Positions 8,463 to 13,805 of a stretch of DNA of 13,805 bases are shown here, in pieces. The stretch lies in assembly GCA_000388065.2 (NCBI GenBank), contig KB932202.1. One strand, given 5' to 3'. Both the position numbers and the translations under genes were made by a program. Each line of letters begins with the position of its first letter. Positions within the stretch are counted from its first letter, which is position 1. The DNA comes from Fonticula alba ATCC 38817 (Eukaryota; Protista; Nucleariida). Below the pieces are notes generated by a model that was not told the origin of the DNA, did not search any database, and was given only the letters and a program-made list of their open reading frames with translations.

Positions 8463-9114
8463 GGGGGGGGGGGTGTGTGGCAGGGTGGCGGTGGGGGAGG
8501 GGGGGGGGGGGTGGACCGGGTGGTGGAAGTGGAGGTCAAGGTGCGGGGAAAAAAAGGAGACAGGGGCTCAGGTGTCGCGGGACCGCCGCGGCCGGGGGCG
8601 CCGCGGCCCGGTGGCCGAAAAAAACGCCCCAAAACACCAGCGGGAGCCCGCCCGATCGTCCGCGTCCCACCGGGGCCCGGTCTCGCCTGTGCGCTGACCC
8701 CTGTGGGGGGGGGGGGGGGGGGAGGATGCCCGCCCTCTGTTGGCCTCTCGTTTCGCCCCTGCGCGGGGCCCCTTGCCCGGCGGTCCGTGCCACACAAGTT
8801 GGCGCCTCCCTCCGACCGGGACACTCGGGGCGGGGTGCTGGTGCTGGGGGGGGCGGGGGAGTCGAGAGCCGGGCTGGCTGCGCGCCCCTCCCCCCGCCAA
8901 GGGGGGGGGGAATATACCCACAAGCAGTGGGCGCGTGATGCGCCGACCTGACCGGGGACTCTTAACTCAGTGCACACCTGCCCGCGCAAGCGGGAGGCTC
9001 CGTGGGGACGCCGCTCGCCGGTCAGTGCGTTGGCCGCATGCCTGTCCGCTGGCCGCTGCCCGTCGGGCGCCCCCCCCCCGGCCCCGCTGCCCTCGTTCTG
9101 GCACGCCGCACACC

Positions 9115-9136
9115 GCACGCACGCACACACACACAC

Positions 9137-9170
<34 letters not shown>
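9115..9170. repeat. (CA)n microsatellite with GCAC interruptions
   Basis: Read directly; in the ESD-LSM3 divergent interval. Confidence 0.9.
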
Positions 9171-9172
<2 letters not shown>

Positions 9173-9373
9173 TCCCCTGTGCTCCCCCCTGTCCTTCCCG
9201 GACGGGCGCCGGCGGGGCGCCTCGCCCAGGGCCGTAGGTCCGCCCGGGCGCCCGCCGCCCCGCGCCGAGCTGCCCCTCGTCCCCTTCTCGTGGCCGAATA
9301 GCCGCCCGATCTCTGCACGCCTCCCGGGGCGCCGCCTCCCCCCCCCGCTGTGCCGGGCCTTGCCTCGGCCGCC

Positions 9374-9403
9374 GCCCCCGCCCCCGCCCCCGCCCCCGCC
9401 CCC
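9374..9403. repeat. (GCCCCC)5 hexamer repeat
   Basis: Five tandem units about 295 nt upstream of the LSM3 ATG; the minus strand reads (GGGGGC)5. Confidence 0.9.
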
Positions 9404-9696
9404 GCCGCCGCTCGGCCACACCGCCCCACCGCCCCACACAGTTGAGCGGGTCCCGCGCCGCATGCCTGGTCGGCCTGACACCCATCCTGCCTCTCCCTCC
9501 CCCTCTGTCTCTCCCCCTCCCTCCCCCTGCTCCTCTTCCCCCGCTCCGCACAGCCGTACCTCCCCCCCCCCCCCCCCCGCTTCTTTCACCGCGCTCGCGC
9601 CGTTGCTCTCTGCCGCCCCCCTTCACGCCTCCTGCACACTGCTCACCCAGTCGCCCTTGCATGTACCCCGCGCTGCGCGCATAGCGAGCCATCACC

Positions 9697-10178
9697 ATGT
9701 CGGCAGTCGCTCTTTCTACTTCGCAATCCACGGTGGCCTTCAATGAGCCGCTGGACCTGCTGACGCTGGCGCTAGATGAGCGCGTTCGCATCCGTCTGCG
9801 CGGCGGGCGCGAGCTCCGTGGACGCCTGCAGGTGTGTTTGCTCCCCCTTCGCCGCCCGCTCGCGCCCGTTCGCGCGCCCCCTGTGACTTCCGCATGGCCG
9901 AGCCCGCCTGACCACCTTTCGCACTCGTCCCCAGGCGTACGACTTCCACCTCAACTGCATCCTCAGCGATGTGGAGGAGACCGTCACTGAGATCATCTAC
10001 TCGGAAGAGGACCCGACCGTGGTTGTGTCGCAGAAGACCGTGCGTTCGCCCCGGCTCTGGGTCTGGGCCTGGCCCGATTGGCTGTCCGGCCGGTCCGCCA
10101 CGCCGGTGGCCCATTCCTTGCCTATTTGTCCCGCCTGCCCAACCACCCGCCCACGCCCATACTTACCCCCTCTTCCCG

Positions 10179-10212
<34 letters not shown>

Positions 10213-10346
10213 CGCCTTCCCCCACATGCACACAGATCAAAAACTCCTACAGCCTGATCTACGTCCGCGGTGACAGTGTGGTCGTGGTCTTCCCGCAGGG
10301 CGCCGAGTCGGAGCCCACTGGTTCGGTGGTCGCCGACGCCGAGTAG
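9697..10346 (+). CDS. LSM3: U6 snRNA-associated Sm-like protein Lsm3; exons 9697-9831, 9935-10039, 10236-10346; 116 aa
   Basis: The spliced protein [47 protein letters not shown]...LIYVRGDSVVVV matches the Lsm3 pattern EPLDL..L.LDER / RELRGRL.AYD.H.N / DVEET / VRGD. Introns 9832-9934 (GTGTGT..CCCAG) and 10040-10235 (GTGCGT..CACAG), both phase 0. Stop TAG at 10344-10346. Confidence 0.93.
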
Positions 10347-10500
10347 GGCGGCACGCCCTCGCTCCCCCTTGCCGCCCGGTGCGCCCCCTACTTCGTCGCC
10401 ACCAGGCAGGGGCATCGGCCTCTGCCCTCCTCCTCTCCCCTGTCGGCGGCGCCGGTTGTCTCTGCCCCCCCCCCCCCCCCGCGTGTGTTATATGAACCAA

Positions 10501-10510
10501 AATAAATAAA
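10501..10510 (+). terminator. Putative polyadenylation signal (two overlapping AATAAA) for LSM3
   Basis: AATAAATAAA, 155 nt after the LSM3 stop. Confidence 0.65.
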
Positions 10511-10650
10511 CTTCCATCCTCCCTCCCCCCCTCGGCTCCGCCCCTCCCCCCCGAGGGCACCTCAGCTCCCTTGATCTGGCCCGAGGGAGAAAGGGGAAAA
10601 AAAAACCCACCAACGCGGCGTCATGCACCTTGTGGAAACTTTGGGGGGGG

Positions 10651-10656
10651 TATATT
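10651..10656 (-). terminator. Possible variant polyadenylation signal AATATA for the Ras gene
   Basis: No canonical AATAAA was seen on the minus strand after the Ras stop. This variant has a T run about 50 nt further downstream. Weak. Confidence 0.25.
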
Positions 10657-10936
10657 CGATGCGGCAGGCACGCCCTTGGATGGTGCGGGAAAGGAGAGCC
10701 GCGGCGGCAGAGGCGAATGGGCGTTCAGGTGTAGCAAGGACGGGGGAGGAGGAGGAGGAGGGGGGAAAGAGAAGACAAAACTGGAAGGGGCAGGACCTCT
10801 GGGGGGGGGGAGAGAGAGGAGGAAGGGGAAGTGCGTCCTGCAACGCCCGCATCCAGCGGGAGGGGGGAGAGAGAGAGAAAGGAGGGGAGAAAGAGAAAGG
10901 GAGAGTGGGAGGGAGATGGGAATGACAGGAGGGCAG

Positions 10937-10969
<33 letters not shown>

Positions 10970-11071
10970 ACACACTCGCCGCACATCGTGCAATGTGTGT
11001 CACGGAGGATGCGCACAGCGCCACCGGCATGCACACACACACACACACACACGGCCGCACACACCCACACA
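10937..11071. repeat. Clustered (CA)n tracts downstream of the Ras stop codon (GU-rich on the Ras sense strand)
   Basis: Two (CA)n clusters near 10937-10975 and 11031-11071. Confidence 0.8.
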
Positions 11072-11089
11072 GGTCACTTGCAGCCACTC

Positions 11090-11718
11090 TTACAGGAGCA
11101 CACATTTGGACTTCTTGCCGCCGGCAGACTTGGACGACTTGGACTTGCCGGCGTCGGCGGTGGAGGCGCCGGCGTCGGCCGGGGTGGCGGCCGGGGCGGC
11201 GACAGCGGCGGCGTCGGCGGCCTCCGGCGCGGCGGCCGGCGCCTCGTCCTCCACGTTGCGGTAGTGGTCGCGGATGTGGCGGACGATGGAGAAGAAGGCC
11301 TCCTCGATGTTGTAGCCCTCCTTGGCGGAGGTCTCCAGGAAGAGGGCATCCGAGTTGCGGGCAAACTCCTCGCCGAGGGCGGTGTCGACCTCGCGGTAGT
11401 CCTCGAGATCGCGCTTGTTGCCGAGGATGATCATGGGGCAGGTGTCGACATCCTTGGCGCGGAGGATCTGGTCGCGGAAGACCTCCACCTCCTCGAAGGA
11501 GGACTTGCTGGTGATGGAGTACACGCAGAGGAAGCCATCGCCGCTGCGCATGAACTTGTCTCCCCAGAGACCACTGGCAGGGTGGGGGGAATGGGGGAGA
11601 GAGAGCCAGAGTGCGTGCGTCGTGAGGGAGGGAGGGTGGGCGAGTCAGGCACAGGGGGGACGCGCAGGTAGGAGAAAACCCATCGCGGACACGGTGGGAA
11701 AGAGGGGGGATTCGGGGG

Positions 11719-11757
<39 letters not shown>

Positions 11758-12176
11758 CATGCGCACCGGTACTCCTCCTGGCCGGCGGTATCGGTGATGT
11801 CAAGGGTGCAGTCGACGCCGTCGAGGTTGACCTGCTTGCAGTAGGAGTCCTCTGCGGGCCGGGGCGAGGGGGGGGGGTCAGTGTCTGGGCGGGAGGCGCA
11901 CGGGGCAAGGCGGGCGCAGGCGGCCGGACGTACCAATGGTGGGGTCGTACTCCTCGACGAACCTGTGCAGCGAGCGAGCGAGCGAGCGAGGGGGAGAGGG
12001 AGGTACTGCGTGTCAGAGATATGCGGCGGCCCGCGCGCGCAACGGGGCGAAGGGCGAGCAGAGGGGCGGGGGAGGGGGGGGGGGCACACGCACTGGCCAC
12101 GCATGAAGTTCAGGGTGACGGCGGACTTGCCGACACCACCACTGCCAACAACGACGAGGGAATACTTGTTGGACAT
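11090..12176 (-). CDS. Ras-subfamily small GTPase with CAAX box; exons 12176-12094, 11962-11934, 11851-11767, 11573-11090; 226 aa
   Basis: G1 GSGGVGKS, effector loop FVEEYDPTIEDSY, G3 DTAGQEEY, G4 NKRD, G5 ETSAK, C-terminal CVLL. Introns 12093-11963 (GTGCGT..CACAG), 11933-11852 (GTACGT..CGCAG), 11766-11574 (GTGCGC..GCCAG). Stop TAA at 11092-11090. Confidence 0.95.
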
Positions 12177-13805
12177 GATGACGATCTGCGGCCGGAGGCA
12201 ATGCCAGCCCGGAGGAGGGAGGGGAGAGGGCAGCAGCGACAGAGGGTCGCCACGGGGCGGCGCCGGTCAGGCAGGAGGACGGAGGGGGTTAGCGGGGGGG
12301 GGGGGGGGGGGGGGCGGGGGGGACAGGGGGGCAGGCAGGCCCCAGGCGGGGAGGAAGTGGGCAAAGGGGGGCGTCCGCCGGCGACGCACCTGAGAAGAAG
12401 GGAGGGTCGCGGGGGATGGAAGGGGGCGGGGTCCTCGAGTGGTGGTGGTGGTGGTGGTGGTAGGGAGGGGGGAAGGTGCACGGGGGCGAAGGCGGCGGGG
12501 AAGACGGGGGAGGGGGGGGGCGAAGGAGGGAGAGGAGAACACAGTTGTCCGGTCCGGACCCACGCCCGACCGGGACGGCCTGCCGGCCGAAAAGCAGGAC
12601 AGCACGCGCGGGCCGGCGGCCGGGGTGGCGAGGGTACGGCCTGCGCCGGGGCCGGTCGGATGGGAGTTGACGCAGGGCTCTCGGGAGCTTGCATCCTCCT
12701 CCCACAACCCCCTCCCCCCCCCCCCCCCTACCGCCGTCTTCCCCGCCGCCGGCTGCCCCCTTGCCGCCGGGCTGTGGGCGACCCGGCCCGCTGGATGTGC
12801 GGGCCAGGGGCCGCCCGCTGGGTGCATGCAAAATAAATCTGCGTGTGTGTGTCGGCGCGCGCGCCGGCCGGCCGGCTGTTGCTCGCGTCCCGGGGCCGCC
12901 GCCCGGCTCCGGGGCGCATGCGCATGTGCTCCGAAAAAGCAAGCGAGGGGGCGGGGGCGCCTCTCTCTCTCTCACTGGCCCGGGGCTGCCGGCCGCCCTC
13001 CCGGCCGGGCCGACTCTCGCCACCTCCGCCTGCCTGTCCCCTTGGACGCGACCGGTCCCCGCCCCCCGCCCCCCAGGCAGGGGAGAGGGGGAAGACCCAC
13101 GGTGGAAATAACGAGGGGTAATATTATGCCCTGCAGCGGGGGGCGGGGGGGGGGGCCTACGGCGCCTCGGGCCCCCCTTTTTATTATGAGGTCCTTTCCT
13201 GGGAGGGGGACGGGGGGGGGGGGGGGGGAGCCCTGGGCCAGGGGCACTCGCCGGCCTGGGCCAGGCGTCCCCGGCGCCGGCCCTCTCCCCGCCCGAACAC
13301 ACCACAAATGAGCATGCGCCGACGCACATGCGAGCGTGCCCCGCGGCCGCAGCACCCCGACGACGCAGACGGGCGGGGGCGGGGGGTACGACCCACCTCT
13401 GGCCCAATCCCCCGCCCCTCCCCCCCGGGGGGGGGCGGGGGGAGAGGCCCAGGGGCGGCGACGCGCGCCCGGACGGACCGGCAGCCCGCTCGCGCCCCGC
13501 TCAAGGAGGGGACATTCTCGCCAGGGGGGGGGGTGAGGTATCCCAGACGGGCGCCCCGTGCAATGGAAAAATGCGCACGCGGTCGCCCGGCCGCGGAGGC
13601 CCCGCGCCCGCGGCCGCTCTCAGCTTCCCCGCCTCCCCCCCCCCGGTGCGGGCTGGGAACACGCGAAAGTGCCAGGGTTTTTTCCACGGCATGACGAAGC
13701 CGGCCTCTTGCATGGAAATCCCCCGGCCGGTCGGGGGCGGATCAGTTCCAGCCCCCGGCACGGGGGGGGGGGGGGGGTCATCTTGCCGACAGTGCGGTTG
13801 CCAAC

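Larger units (their letters stand above)
8463..9696. promoter_or_regulatory. Divergent intergenic region between ESD and LSM3, probable shared promoter region
   Basis: Head-to-head start codons at 8398 (-) and 9697 (+). The interval holds GC-box-like repeats, short poly(A) tracts and (CA)n. No start sites can be mapped from sequence alone. Confidence 0.5.

Noticed and set aside
1-13805. A functionally linked gene cluster, mobile element, tRNA/rRNA or CRISPR array
   Set aside because: The five genes belong to unrelated housekeeping pathways. I saw no transposase or RT motifs, terminal repeats, tRNA boxes or repeat-spacer pattern.

Overview
Eukaryotic, very GC-rich, intron-containing, microsatellite- and homopolymer-rich genomic DNA with one 10-N assembly gap (8419-8428). 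Joining GT..AG introns by hand gives five housekeeping genes. (1) A mitochondrial carrier of the Leu5/SLC25A16/SLC25A42 coenzyme A transporter type (+, 3043-4643, 3 exons). (2) The Hsp90 co-chaperone p23/Sba1 (-, 5057-6021, 4 exons). (3) S-formylglutathione hydrolase/esterase D (-, 7107-8398, 3 exons), with a 1-nt deficit in the conserved DTSPRG motif. (4) Lsm3 (+, 9697-10346, 3 exons). (5) A Ras-subfamily GTPase with an atypical switch II and a long C-terminal spacer (-, 11090-12176, 4 exons). Nearly all long ORFs in the supplied track are GC-bias or antisense artefacts or exon-intron read-throughs. Bases 1-3000 and 12200-13805 contain no recognisable coding sequence. I see no mobile element, RNA gene, CRISPR array or functionally coherent gene cluster, so I do not claim a new multi-gene system. 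The best leads are the Ras switch II variant, the ESD frameshift, a stop-free in-frame 309-nt repeat intron in the carrier, and a splicing code with +4-pyrimidine donors (GTRYGY) and putative distant branch points bridged by AG-free repeats. The source is probably a microbial opisthokont (inference only).
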